Positions 9,944-20,019 of a stretch of DNA of 40,646 nucleotides are shown here, piece after piece. The DNA is taken from NCBI GenBank assembly GCA_964521185.1, contig CAZFRC010000001.1:73023-113668 (forward strand). Direction: 5' to 3'. Source of the DNA: an uncultured Candidatus Saccharibacteria bacterium. Lineage in GTDB: Bacteria > Patescibacteriota > Minisyncoccia > Phycocordibacterales > UBA12088. Position numbers and translations under genes: made by a program. The stretch's first letter is position 1. Each line of letters starts with the position of its first letter. The notes beneath the pieces were generated by a model. That model was given only the letters and a program-made list of their open reading frames with translations. It was not told the DNA's origin and did not search any database.

Positions 9944-10904
9944 GGTTTTTTTGAAAAAGTCTCAATTTTGCGCTTCGCGAAGCCCGATTTCGAGCTATTT
10001 CTTCACGCAAAGGAACGATTGGTTTTTTGTTCAAAAGAATTCCCTCCCCCTTCTCGCACGCTTCTTTCAATATGCGTTTAACAATTCTGTCTTCCACACT
10101 ATGGAACGAAATGATCGCAAGTCGTCCGTTCGGTGAAAGACATCGTATAGCGTTCGGAATCCCTTCTTTCAACGCGCCAAGTTCATCGTTCACAGCCATA
10201 CGAAGAGCTTGGAATGTTTTAGTTGCGGGATGAACGCGACGGAACCTATACCATTCGGGAACTGCGTCGGAAATGATTGTCGCAAGTTGTCCGGATGTCT
10301 CGATGGGAGCGAGCCGTCGCGCCGATATGATTGCCCGAGCAATCCTTCTGGAAAACTTTTCTTCGGCATAGGCGTACAGCAGCTCGGCGATTTCCTCCTC
10401 CTTCCATCTGTTTACGATATCTGATGCTGTTTCTTCTACATGCACTGGGTCGTCTGCGTATGTCATATAGAGAGGTTCGTCTGATGAAAAAGTGAAACCT
10501 CTCCCTCCGCTCTCAATTTGATCCCTACTCCAACCAAGATCGAGAAGAATTTTATGTACATGCAGTATGTTCAGGCGATGCAGAATGTCTGGCAAATTTC
10601 GAAAATTGTCGTGGACAAGATGCACTGCGGACCGAAGACCCGCGAGACGCTTGCGCGAGCGCTCTAGCGCATGCCCGTCGAGGTCAATTCCGATCAGGAT
10701 GCCCCGTGCGCCGAGTGCGCGCGAAAGTGCCTCGCTATGTCCCCCTCCGTTTATCGTCCCATCAACGACAATATCGTTTTCTTCTATCGCAAGCCCTGCG
10801 ATAACTTCTTGTAAAAGAACGCTCTCATGTGTCCCACGTGCACGGAAGGTGTCCGTTTGGTCAGAATAATCGGACAATATCCTTTGCGCTCGAGACGAGA
10901 CCAT
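9915..10904 (-). CDS. rsmH: 16S rRNA m4C1402 methyltransferase
   Basis: HESVLL, DGTINGGGHS, LDLG, RGFTF, HPATKTFQALR, SFHSVEDR, SRSAKLR. Confidence 0.96.
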   Translation of the reverse strand: MVSSRAQRILSDYSDQTDTFRARGTHESVLLQEVIAGLAIEENDIVVDGTINGGGHSEALSRALGARGILIGIDLDGHALERSRKRLAGLRSAVHLVHDNFRNLPDILHRLNILHVHKILLDLGWSRDQIESGGRGFTFSSDEPLYMTYADDPVHVEETASDIVNRWKEEEIAELLYAYAEEKFSRRIARAIISARRLAPIETSGQLATIISDAVPEWYRFRRVHPATKTFQALRMAVNDELGALKEGIPNAIRCLSPNGRLAIISFHSVEDRIVKRILKEACEKGEGILLNKKPIVPLREEIARNRASRSAKLRLFQKNHVTNYSYNV

Positions 10905-10907
10905 ACA

Positions 10908-11342
10908 TTAAATGACCCCTATCTCTCCCAACTTCTCTGCCAATTGGTCTGCCTGCCCTTCGATGCGTTTTTTATAATCGTTCCAAATATCCGCATCCCA
11001 AATTTCTACCCGACTTTCGACACCCGCGAGAACTACTTTTTCGTGGAGATGTGCAAAATCTTTGAGAAAATCTGGTATGAGCATGCGTCCAACGGAATCA
11101 ATTTCGATTTCAACCGCTCCCGAGAGCATAAATCGGCTGAATCCTCTCGTGTCCGCCTGGCCCATGGGAAGTTTTGCGATTCTTTCCACAATGTCTTTCC
11201 ACCCTTTTTGCGAATAAATAAACAAACAGGTGTCGAGACCACGCGTGACCACAACCTTTCGACCAAATTCCTTCCGAAATCTTGAAGGAAGCGAGAGTCG
11301 TTTTTTGGGGTCTATGGTGTGCGTGTACTCGCCGATTAACAT
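10908..11342 (-). CDS. mraZ: Division/cell-wall cluster regulator MraZ
   Basis: GEYTHTIDPKKRL and IDSVGRMLIP motifs; first gene of the dcw cluster. Confidence 0.97.
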   Translation of the reverse strand: MLIGEYTHTIDPKKRLSLPSRFRKEFGRKVVVTRGLDTCLFIYSQKGWKDIVERIAKLPMGQADTRGFSRFMLSGAVEIEIDSVGRMLIPDFLKDFAHLHEKVVLAGVESRVEIWDADIWNDYKKRIEGQADQLAEKLGEIGVI

Positions 11343-11348
11343 TCGGTT

Positions 11349-11400
11349 AGTATACCACTTCTTCCCACTAGTAAAGAATTATATTCCACTTTATCCCACT
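11349..11400 (-). promoter_or_regulatory. mraZ promoter with GTGG(G) direct repeats (MraZ operator)
   Basis: Minus strand AGTGGGATAA-AGTGGAATAT...AGTGGGAAGA-AGTGG-TATACT: four AGTGG units spaced 10, 21 and 10 nt; -10 TATACT lies 6 nt before the ATG. Confidence 0.8.
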
Positions 11401-11414
11401 TAGCGAAACATGGG

Positions 11415-11423
11415 TTATCCACA
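11415..11423 (+). promoter_or_regulatory. Consensus DnaA box
   Basis: TTATCCACA, an exact match, 15 nt upstream of the MraZ repeats. Confidence 0.5.
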
Positions 11424-11493
11424 GTCCCCGTACACAACAAAAGCCCCGATCTACTTCGAAGGCGGAATTCGACATTCGCGATGGACTATTTTC

Positions 11494-13089
11494 TTATAAA
11501 GACGGAGCGCTCGCCTCTTTGAGCCTCTGTATCAGAAAATCCCTCGGAAGCACTGACAAAAACCATCCTGCTTTGGGGCCTGACGATTTGCCAAGAGTAA
11601 TAAGATACAGCATCGAAAAGAATTCCTGCGGATCAAGTTTTTTTCCTTTTCGAATACCGTGGAGAGCGGTGTGAAATTCTTGACCATCGAGAACGTTGTT
11701 ATTTTCAACATAGGTCAACACTTCTCGGAGAGATTCTTTTTGATCCGCTGAAAGATTCGTCGCCGTATCTGGAAATGTTTTAGCGAGTTCGAACCGATAA
11801 TCTTCGGGTGCGTAGTTGGTAAGCCAATACCGAGCGTATCTTGCTCGAAGTGCCAGTTCAATACGATCCTCATCGGTTAAAGAGCTTCCTTTCATTGTTT
11901 CGATCTCTTTTTCAAGAGAAAGATGCGGCATTTGAATTATAAAAGAGACGAGCGAAAAGCGCGGGAGGTAGCGGATGGGAATGGTTGCCTGTTCTTTCGG
12001 AAGATGGACGAGGGTGAATAAACGCGAATCGTCGTCTATGACTCCACTCCATGTTTTCTCTGCAATACGGTCATACCAATCAAAGAGGAGAGGTACGGCA
12101 TCGCCGGAAGGATCAAAATTGATTTGCTGTCTCGGGTCTTTACCAAGGAGCGCCAATCGAAAAATATGTGGAGGGAGAAGTTCGGCGATATCGCGTGCTG
12201 GTGCGGCATTGCCCTTGGAGGAAGACATTTTCTTTCCTCCAACGAGGAAAAACTCATAGGAAGGATCAAACGGCGATTCAAAAGAAAAAATTTCTCTCGC
12301 TATGTGGCTTGCCACATCGCGCGATCCTCCTTTGGTCGCATGGTCTTTTCCTCCTCCTTCAATATGAACCCCGAACACTTTCCATTTCGCCGCCCATTCC
12401 ACTTTCCAGGGCAACTTTGCGTTTCCATTAAATGGCGAGATGTGCCCCGTATGCCCACAACCTGTTGCCCACCCAACAAGCGATGGTTCGCAGGAATACG
12501 CTACTTTCTCCCCGTCAAATCCGGTCACTTTGGTGGTTCCGATTTTTCCGCACTTTTCACACACCACATGGAGAGGATACCAGTCAGCCGGTTTTACTGA
12601 TCCGGACACTTCTTTGTAGATACGACGGATGTCGTTGTGTTTTTCAAGCGCTAATCGAATCACCTCATTGAATGATCCGTTTTGATACTGTACTGACAAT
12701 CGGTAGTACACGGGATGGAATCCTGTCTTCTCGATTACTTCTGTAAATTCCGCGCCGAAATATTCAGCAAAATTTGGCGCGATACCATCGGGAGATGGAA
12801 CGGTATAGAGCGGCTTGCCCATATGAGGACGAAAGGTTTTCTCGTCCAAATAAACGGGCAATCCGTCCATTGGATCAAAATCATTGATTTCCCATAAAAA
12901 CTGGTTGGAAATGCCGCGATCCGTAAGAATTTCGGCAATAATGCCGTGGACGGCGACACCCCTCATGCTTCCGACATGTACGCGGCCCGACGCAGTTTTT
13001 TCATCCCGAATAATGAGCGGCGTTTGTTTCTTCACCTCTTTTTCAAAGCGACGCATTATTTCTTCGACAAATGTATCAGCCCAAAACAT
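11494..13089 (-). CDS. lysS: Class I lysyl-tRNA synthetase
   Basis: SGRVHVG (HIGH), CEKCG, KLPWKVEW, GGKDH, KMSSSKGN (KMSKS). Confidence 0.95.
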   Translation of the reverse strand: MFWADTFVEEIMRRFEKEVKKQTPLIIRDEKTASGRVHVGSMRGVAVHGIIAEILTDRGISNQFLWEINDFDPMDGLPVYLDEKTFRPHMGKPLYTVPSPDGIAPNFAEYFGAEFTEVIEKTGFHPVYYRLSVQYQNGSFNEVIRLALEKHNDIRRIYKEVSGSVKPADWYPLHVVCEKCGKIGTTKVTGFDGEKVAYSCEPSLVGWATGCGHTGHISPFNGNAKLPWKVEWAAKWKVFGVHIEGGGKDHATKGGSRDVASHIAREIFSFESPFDPSYEFFLVGGKKMSSSKGNAAPARDIAELLPPHIFRLALLGKDPRQQINFDPSGDAVPLLFDWYDRIAEKTWSGVIDDDSRLFTLVHLPKEQATIPIRYLPRFSLVSFIIQMPHLSLEKEIETMKGSSLTDEDRIELALRARYARYWLTNYAPEDYRFELAKTFPDTATNLSADQKESLREVLTYVENNNVLDGQEFHTALHGIRKGKKLDPQEFFSMLYLITLGKSSGPKAGWFLSVLPRDFLIQRLKEASAPSL

Positions 13090-13184
13090 ACTCCTAGGCT
13101 ACCAGGCTACCGTGCCGTTAGGCAAATGACATATAGAATCGAATATGTTCCTACTATGGAAATCGCGCAAAAACCTTGCGATAT

Positions 13185-13649
13185 TTATTCAACGTCGACA
13201 ATTTTGTAATGCATCTTTCCTTTAGGTGTTTCGAACGAAAACTTATCGCTTTTCTTTTTTCCCATCATGGCCTCACCTAATGGCGAGAGGTGTGAAATTT
13301 TGCGCTCAAGCATGTTTGCTTCTTCGCTGCCAACTATTTGATACCGATGCATTTCTTTGTCGTCATCTTTCTGAATAGTGACAATGGACCCCATAGACAC
13401 TGCATCGCTTTTGGATTTTCCAGAGACTATTTTTGCATTCTGTAAAATGGCTTCGAGCTTCCCTATCCGTTCCTCGGTGGCGGCCTGAAATTCACGCGCT
13501 TCTTGATACTCCGCATTCTCAGAGATATCTCCAAGCGAACGAGCATATTCAAGGCTCTCAGCGATTTCCTTTCGGCGCACCTTTTTTAAATGTTCAAGCT
13601 CTTTTTTAAGCTCCTCAAATTTTTCCTGGGAAAGATATTCGTCGCTCAT
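13185..13649 (-). CDS. greA: Transcription elongation factor GreA
   Basis: ARSLGDISENAEY, ISHLSPLG. Confidence 0.97.
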   Translation of the reverse strand: MSDEYLSQEKFEELKKELEHLKKVRRKEIAESLEYARSLGDISENAEYQEAREFQAATEERIGKLEAILQNAKIVSGKSKSDAVSMGSIVTIQKDDDKEMHRYQIVGSEEANMLERKISHLSPLGEAMMGKKKSDKFSFETPKGKMHYKIVDVE

Positions 13650-13720
13650 ATGTTTTTGTGGGGACAGTATATCGTGTCAGATGGTATCGCGCAAACAAGG
13701 CAAAAAGAGGCATGTAACAA

Positions 13721-15436
13721 TTAACGTGCCGCCGTGTATTCCGGAGCTTCGGCAAGTAACCAGTCCAAAAACTGACGCATGACGGCAACCGCACCAATGG
13801 TGTTCCCTGCTGGTCCGTTTTCCATAAGAACCGTAAATGCATATCGAGGATTATCATACGGGAAAAATCCAATCGTCCAGGAATTAACTCTGTCTTTTTT
13901 TACCCCAACCTGCGCGGTTCCTGTTTTTGCTGCAACGGAAACTCCCGGCACCGATAATCCCTGCGCCGTTCCCATAATAACGCCCTGCCGCATTCCCTCA
14001 CGGACTATCTGAAAATATTGTTCTGGTATAGTAATCGTCCGTTCGGGAGACAAAATGACTCCCTCCGAAGCTTTCCGAAGCGTAGGACGGACGAGAGAAC
14101 CTCCGTTTGCAATGGCCGCAATAGCGCGCACCATTTGAATAGGTGTTACCTGAACTCCATACTGACCTATTGCCGTATTGTACGTATCACCAAGTCGCCA
14201 CGGTTCATTATCAAATTCCCTGGCTTTCCAAGAAGGATTTGGGATTGTTCCCCTCCCCTCGGATAACCCGATTCCTGTTTCTTCGGAAAGGCCGAAGAGG
14301 CGGAAATATTTTTCAATCCCTGAAATACCGATGCCTTTTTGATCTTCGAATCCTCCGCCTACTTCATAAAAATAGATATTCGACGATAACGCGATAGCTT
14401 CGCGAACAGACACCCATCCGTGCGGACGCCAGTCGACAAATTGATATGGGCGAAGTGGATTGTATGGGTTTGGAATAGTGAGCACGCCTGTACTTAAAAT
14501 CTCTTTTTCGGGGGTGATCACCTTTTCGTTCAACGCACCGATTGCTACAAACGGCTTAACAATTGATCCTGGGGTATACAGCCCGCTCACTGCCCGATTT
14601 AAAAAAGGCTTTCCTGGATCATTCAAAGCGTTCGAAAGTGCCTCTCCGTCTCCCCGTGACAGCGCTTGATTGTCGTATTCCGGATAACTCGTGAGCACGA
14701 TTATCTCACCCGTTTTTATATCCATAAGCAGACCGGCGCCCCCAACAAACCCCCTATCTACTGCAATGCTGCGGATGGCGCTGAAGAACGCTTTTGTTAC
14801 CTTGGCATCGATGGCAAGATTCACATTAGATCCGTTTCGGGGAGAACGAATAACGCTTTTCGATATTTCAGCATTATGCGCGTCAGTTTCAATAATAACC
14901 GATCCGTTTACCCCCCGAAGCTCACTCTCAAAAAGGAGTTCAGAACCTGCTGTACCCTCAAATGTTGTCTGGTAATATACGCCTCGATCGTCTTTTCTCG
15001 GCGGCTTCAAGTATCCGAGCACATGTGACAATCCACTGGTGGATGTTGCATACGCGCGAGAAGAAAACTCATCATCTGGATCCTCTGATAGGACGTTAAA
15101 CGCGAGAGGGATTCCATTCCGATCAAATAACACCCCTCGGTCCGCAAAAAGAGTTGATTGGCGAAGCCGATTGTCTTCGCTCTCCAACATATATTTCGTA
15201 CCCTCGACTATCTGAAGGGTGCCAAGTCGAAATACAACAACGCCGCCAATCAAAAGTGCGCATATCCCTAGAAGATACACCGCACGCGTACCAATGGGCC
15301 GTTCTAATCTTCCTTCGAGCTGATCGGTGTCAAACGAAGGAAGATTGCTTGCGTCCAAAAATATTTCATCTGGATCAAATGAATTATTGGAAATAGTTTT
15401 TTGTCTTCGAAAAAAACGGAAAGGTCGGTTGATCAT
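13721..15436 (-). CDS. mrdA: Penicillin-binding protein 2 (elongasome)
   Basis: SIVK, SSN and KTG motifs. Start re-set to MINRPF (15436), which overlaps the upstream stop as ATGA. Confidence 0.9.
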   Translation of the reverse strand: MINRPFRFFRRQKTISNNSFDPDEIFLDASNLPSFDTDQLEGRLERPIGTRAVYLLGICALLIGGVVVFRLGTLQIVEGTKYMLESEDNRLRQSTLFADRGVLFDRNGIPLAFNVLSEDPDDEFSSRAYATSTSGLSHVLGYLKPPRKDDRGVYYQTTFEGTAGSELLFESELRGVNGSVIIETDAHNAEISKSVIRSPRNGSNVNLAIDAKVTKAFFSAIRSIAVDRGFVGGAGLLMDIKTGEIIVLTSYPEYDNQALSRGDGEALSNALNDPGKPFLNRAVSGLYTPGSIVKPFVAIGALNEKVITPEKEILSTGVLTIPNPYNPLRPYQFVDWRPHGWVSVREAIALSSNIYFYEVGGGFEDQKGIGISGIEKYFRLFGLSEETGIGLSEGRGTIPNPSWKAREFDNEPWRLGDTYNTAIGQYGVQVTPIQMVRAIAAIANGGSLVRPTLRKASEGVILSPERTITIPEQYFQIVREGMRQGVIMGTAQGLSVPGVSVAAKTGTAQVGVKKDRVNSWTIGFFPYDNPRYAFTVLMENGPAGNTIGAVAVMRQFLDWLLAEAPEYTAAR

Positions 15437-15681
15437 AATGGCAACAATCGAGCGCGGATCCACCAGCTGCATACCAAGATCATCAATACTGTGATTGTAA
15501 GAAAAAATGGAACAAATGCCGGTGGTCCAAAATATGTATCGAGAATCATCGCGTACGCAATCCCGAAGATGATTTGACGAGTGCCAATAAAGGCACAGAG
15601 AATTGGGATAATGACTAGAAGCGTCGGTACATACAACACGGAGACCAGCAAAGCAATATGAGGAAATGCAAGGAGGATCAT
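15433..15681 (-). CDS. Small membrane protein in the mreD position (82 aa)
   Basis: Fully hydrophobic, ATGA-coupled to both mreC and pbp2; GIAYAMILD resembles the MreD G..lD motif. Confidence 0.7.
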   Translation of the reverse strand: MILLAFPHIALLVSVLYVPTLLVIIPILCAFIGTRQIIFGIAYAMILDTYFGPPAFVPFFLTITVLMILVCSWWIRARLLPL

Positions 15682-16529
15682 GGTGACGAAGAAGGCTCAT
15701 CTAAGAGCGGTGTAATTTCAACAGCGCTTCCTTTGATAATTCCCACCACGCGTGTGACGAGCATGTTTGAAAGCTCGCTTCCAAACAACGTCTGAAATGC
15801 ATCAGCAGGATCTGATTTGCTTGCCTCAATTACCGTGAGTGCATGATCCGGCACACGAGGGAGAAATACGGGAGTGCCGACAGGAATCATTATCTCCTTA
15901 GGAAGTACAAGTTCGAAACTGCCGGCTCCTCGACCTTGGAGCGTAGCCGGAGGTCCTTCAATGCCTATTATCACTTCAGTTTCTACTCCAGAAGCAGAAA
16001 ATAATCGTACCGTAGAGCTGTGCTGATACACGCGAAGTATGGCGCCTACTAGAATCCCATTCTCAGCGATGACTAATTCTCCTAATTGAAGCGAATCATC
16101 CGCCCCTTTATCAATAATGATTGTACCAAATGGATATCCAAGCGGTCCCGCTATTACCTTCGCAAGCACGACTGTGCTATTTTCTTTAATCGATCCGAAT
16201 CGTTCCAGAGCGAGCGCATACATGTCCCGTTCGGCCTTGAGAAGGACATTTTCCCCGGAAAGAGTTGAGAGACGCTTTGTAAGGTTTTGGTTCTCTCGGA
16301 CTAAAGATTGCTTAGAACGCAACAGTGATCCTTTCTCTGCTATAAATGATTTTGCATATTCCGCTCCAATAAAAAACGGTGTTCCAACAAAATGCACAAC
16401 AATTCCCATTGGTCGTTCAAGTTGCGGTAGTGCTATTAGAAATACCACACCAAGCAATACGCCGAGTATTTGAATTGTTCGAGTGCGAGAAGCACTACGG
16501 CCTAAGCGCAAGTTCTTCATCATGAGCAA
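15678..16529 (-). CDS. mreC: Rod shape-determining protein MreC
   Basis: TM, coiled coil (L..EN..L), IIIDKG, G.LVG beta domain; follows mreB. Confidence 0.88.
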   Translation of the reverse strand: MLMMKNLRLGRSASRTRTIQILGVLLGVVFLIALPQLERPMGIVVHFVGTPFFIGAEYAKSFIAEKGSLLRSKQSLVRENQNLTKRLSTLSGENVLLKAERDMYALALERFGSIKENSTVVLAKVIAGPLGYPFGTIIIDKGADDSLQLGELVIAENGILVGAILRVYQHSSTVRLFSASGVETEVIIGIEGPPATLQGRGAGSFELVLPKEIMIPVGTPVFLPRVPDHALTVIEASKSDPADAFQTLFGSELSNMLVTRVVGIIKGSAVEITPLLDEPSSSP

Positions 16530-17556
16530 TCAATACATCGCGATACATAGGAACATCTTCAAGAATAACACCGGCACCTCTCACTACGGCAGTCAGAGGA
16601 TCTTGTGGAACATAGACGGGGATTTTCAGTACTTCGGTCAAAAGCTCCGGCATGCCACGAATCAAAGCGCCTCCTCCGGCCAAATAGATGCCGCGCTGCA
16701 TGACATCCCCCACCACTTCAGGCGGTGTGGTTTCGAGGACTTCCTTAATGGCATCGATAAGGTTATCTATCGAATGCGATATGGCTTCCCGAATGTCTGC
16801 ATCGGTGATAACCACTTCGCGCGGAAGACCCGTTACCAGATCGCGTCCGCGCACCGGCGCCTCGATAGGAATTCCGTTTGATATGACCGAGCAAGTCGCT
16901 ATTTTTAATTCTTCAGCTGTTTTTTCCCCAATCAGAATTTTAAATTCGCTACGCACATAAGATGAGATATCGCTGTTTAATTTGTCACCGGCGATACGGA
17001 TATTTTTTGATCGTACAATGCCGCCAAGCGAGATCACGGCAATATCAGTAGTGCCTCCGCCAATATCAATGATCATATTGCCGACTGGAGAAAATACAGG
17101 CAACTTAATGCCGAGTGCTGCCGCCATTGGCTCTTCGACAATATGCACTTCGCGCGCGCCGGCGCTCGACGCAGCGTCGCGCACGGCGCGCGTCTCCACG
17201 TTGGTAATTCCCGACGGTACGCCAACCACCACTCGCGGTCCAAACAACAAGCGAGAGCCCATCTGCGCCTTTCGGATCAAATACGCAAGCATCTCTTCAG
17301 TCACTTCAAAATCAGAAATGACGCCATCAATAAGAGGACGAACTGCCGTGATATGGGTTGGCGTGCGTCCCAGCATGTCTTTGGCATCCTTCCCCACGGC
17401 AACCACCTGTCCAGTTTTTTGATTTACGGCAACCACCGACGGTTCGTTGATGATTATCCCTCTCCCTTTTACATACACCAACGTATTGGCAGTTCCGAGG
17501 TCAATCCCGATGTCGTTTCCAAAAGCGACGTTGAAGTGTTCGAAAATTTTTTTCAT
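16495..17556 (-). CDS. mreB: Rod shape-determining protein MreB (operon copy)
   Basis: IGIDLGTANT, EPSVVA, EEPMAAA, DIGGGTT, LAGGGAL. Confidence 0.97.
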   Translation of the reverse strand: MKKIFEHFNVAFGNDIGIDLGTANTLVYVKGRGIIINEPSVVAVNQKTGQVVAVGKDAKDMLGRTPTHITAVRPLIDGVISDFEVTEEMLAYLIRKAQMGSRLLFGPRVVVGVPSGITNVETRAVRDAASSAGAREVHIVEEPMAAALGIKLPVFSPVGNMIIDIGGGTTDIAVISLGGIVRSKNIRIAGDKLNSDISSYVRSEFKILIGEKTAEELKIATCSVISNGIPIEAPVRGRDLVTGLPREVVITDADIREAISHSIDNLIDAIKEVLETTPPEVVGDVMQRGIYLAGGGALIRGMPELLTEVLKIPVYVPQDPLTAVVRGAGVILEDVPMYRDVLIAHDEELALRP

Positions 17557-17562
17557 AGAGAA

Positions 17563-18819
17563 TCATTGATGATCAGCGAGACGAGCGATAAGTTCCGGTT
17601 CTTTCATACTGACGGCGGTGCCTCCTTTCCGTTCTTTGACTTCTATGACATTCGCGTCAATTGTTTTTTGTGATACCACAGCTCGAAGTGGAATGCCAAT
17701 TAAATCACTATCCGCAAATTTTTCTCCAGCGCGGAGATCGCGATCGTCATACAACACTTCTATGCCAGCCCTGCAAAGACTTTCGTACAATTGATCGCTG
17801 GCTTTTTTAACCGCCTCTTCCTCTCCAACTCGAATAAGATGCAATGAGAACGGCGAAGCTTCTTCTGGCCATACCATTCCTTTATCGTCGGCGAATTTTT
17901 CTACCAACACACCAACAAGCCTAGTGACACCGATACCGTACGAACCCATCCAAACCGGGATTTTTTCTCCTGACTCGCTCATATAATAAAGACCGAGATC
18001 TTCTGATTTTTGAGTTCCGAAATTAAAGATATTTCCTACTTCTGCTGTTTTTGTTTCAGTAAGTTCCGATCTCGTAATACCGAGCGATTGCAACGTATCG
18101 TCATTAAGCACCTCCCCATTGATTGCGATGTTCTTCTCGCGATTCACATAGATAACATCCTCGCCGGAAGAAACAATGGTTTGAAATTCATGACTGAATT
18201 TAGTAAACGCTCCGCCTGACGCGAACGTGACGAATGTATCGGCGCCAAGTCCAAGCCGTCGATACACATTCATATAGGCCTTGATGGTGGCCTCATAGAA
18301 AGCTTCGTGCTGAGTCGAGTCGAGACAAAATGAATACATATCCTTCATCACGAATTCACGTCCGCGCATAACGCCGCTTTTTGCACGAAGTTCATTTCGC
18401 AGTTTAGTCTGAAACTGATAGACAAAAATGGGAAGGTCGCGAAAACTTGAAATGTAACCTTTCATCATCTCTCCAATTGGTTCCTCATGGCTCCATCCAA
18501 ATCCCACTTCCCCTCCTGCCTTAAGCTCGGATTTAAACCATACGTCAACCACGTCGTCACTCCATCTCTTGGTTTGCTCCCAAAGCTCTTTCCGTTGCAA
18601 AGTGGTCATGATGAGTTCTTGCCCGCCAATCATGTTCATTTCCTGACGTACGATTGTCTTGATCTTCTCCAAAACCCGAAGCCCAAGTGGAAGGTATGCG
18701 TACACCCCTGCCATTTCTTTATGCACAAAACCCGCACGAATCAAGAGTTCCGCATTTTTTGACGTCTCATCTTTCGGAGCTTCTTTTCGAGTCTTGGTAA
18801 AAAGTTTCGATTGGCGCAT
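17563..18819 (-). CDS. proS: Prolyl-tRNA synthetase, short form
   Basis: MRQSKLF, LLIRAGF, FRNE-type motif 2 (KLRNELRAKSGVMRGREF), MGSYGIG, DADLIG-like anticodon domain; no INS editing domain. Confidence 0.95.
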   Translation of the reverse strand: MRQSKLFTKTRKEAPKDETSKNAELLIRAGFVHKEMAGVYAYLPLGLRVLEKIKTIVRQEMNMIGGQELIMTTLQRKELWEQTKRWSDDVVDVWFKSELKAGGEVGFGWSHEEPIGEMMKGYISSFRDLPIFVYQFQTKLRNELRAKSGVMRGREFVMKDMYSFCLDSTQHEAFYEATIKAYMNVYRRLGLGADTFVTFASGGAFTKFSHEFQTIVSSGEDVIYVNREKNIAINGEVLNDDTLQSLGITRSELTETKTAEVGNIFNFGTQKSEDLGLYYMSESGEKIPVWMGSYGIGVTRLVGVLVEKFADDKGMVWPEEASPFSLHLIRVGEEEAVKKASDQLYESLCRAGIEVLYDDRDLRAGEKFADSDLIGIPLRAVVSQKTIDANVIEVKERKGGTAVSMKEPELIARLADHQ

Positions 18820-18895
18820 ATCTTAGGTAGGGCTATTGTACCTGAACCAGGAAGATGGTCAAAAACGAAACCGCCTTGTACGATTTACGTAACCA

Positions 18896-19996
18896 CTATA
18901 GAAGTTTCAGAACGTCAGATACCGTAATAACCGCCATGAGCAGAAGCAAAAACACTATGCCTGCTCCATTGACGACATTAGCAACTTTTGTGTTGATACG
19001 AGTTCGAGTGAGCGTTTCGATTCCAACCAGCACAAGCCGTCCCCCATCAAGCGCGGGGAAAGGCAACAGGTTGATGACAGCAAGGTTAATGGAGATCAGT
19101 GCGGCAAATTGGAACACATACATAAATCCCTCCGACGCTGCATCACCAAGAAGCGTCGCGATGCCAACGGGTCCAGAAATATCCGACAATGTTGCGTCGA
19201 AGGTAAGGGCGTTTCCAATAAACGAGAGGATCCCGCTACCCACGGCAACGGTTAAATCTTTCGTTAACAAAAACGCCTGAGTAGGAGCCATATACCATGG
19301 ATACGATACTACTCCCGTATCACTCATGATAATACCTATGCCGTATAATTCGGGATTATCAGGAATAAGTCCTTGTACGGGATTAATTTCGATGGTCTGT
19401 TCTTCTCGATCTCGAAGCACAGTAAGGAGCAGCGGATTCCCGTTTGATAACTGGAGCAATGGTATAACGGTACTGCTTTCATTAATCGGAGATGGAATAT
19501 TGTTTTGGTGTATCGCAAGGAGCGTATCCCCCTGCTTCATTCCCGAAAGATCGGCGGGAGAATCTGGAACAACGCTTGTTATAATAACGGCTCGATCTTC
19601 AACAATAGCGCGCGGATCGTCTGGAACGGCGCTCGGTATACCAATTATAAATCCTAGCGTAAAAATAGCCCATGCTAATACGATATTCATAGTGACACCC
19701 GCAAGCATGACGAGCGCTTGCACGTATTTTGGTGCGTTTGCAAGGCTTCGGTTTGCCTCAGGACCATGGAGAGATTCAACGGTTGGATCTTCTCCAAAAA
19801 TACGCACATACCCTCCGATGGGTAGCAGATTGAACGCATACTCTGTTTCCCCTTTTTTAACCGAAAATAGACGAGGCGGGAAACCGAGAGCAAATTCGTC
19901 AACGCGAATATTGAACCATTTAGCAACGATAAAATGTCCGAATTCGTGCACTAAAATAAGCGTGAAAAGGACGAGCAGAAATGTCAGAATTGTCAT
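18896..19996 (-). CDS. rseP: RIP metalloprotease RseP (M50, PDZ)
   Basis: HEFGH, NLLPIGGYV, PDZ domain, NLLPFPALDGG. Confidence 0.95.
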   Translation of the reverse strand: MTILTFLLVLFTLILVHEFGHFIVAKWFNIRVDEFALGFPPRLFSVKKGETEYAFNLLPIGGYVRIFGEDPTVESLHGPEANRSLANAPKYVQALVMLAGVTMNIVLAWAIFTLGFIIGIPSAVPDDPRAIVEDRAVIITSVVPDSPADLSGMKQGDTLLAIHQNNIPSPINESSTVIPLLQLSNGNPLLLTVLRDREEQTIEINPVQGLIPDNPELYGIGIIMSDTGVVSYPWYMAPTQAFLLTKDLTVAVGSGILSFIGNALTFDATLSDISGPVGIATLLGDAASEGFMYVFQFAALISINLAVINLLPFPALDGGRLVLVGIETLTRTRINTKVANVVNGAGIVFLLLLMAVITVSDVLKLL

Positions 19997-20019
19997 AGGG
20001 ATGGGGGAGATTTTTTACA

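Noticed and set aside
15437-15700. 88-aa N-terminal extension of PBP2
   Set aside because: It is an off-frame shadow of the mreD-like ORF; ATGA coupling fixes the start at 15436.
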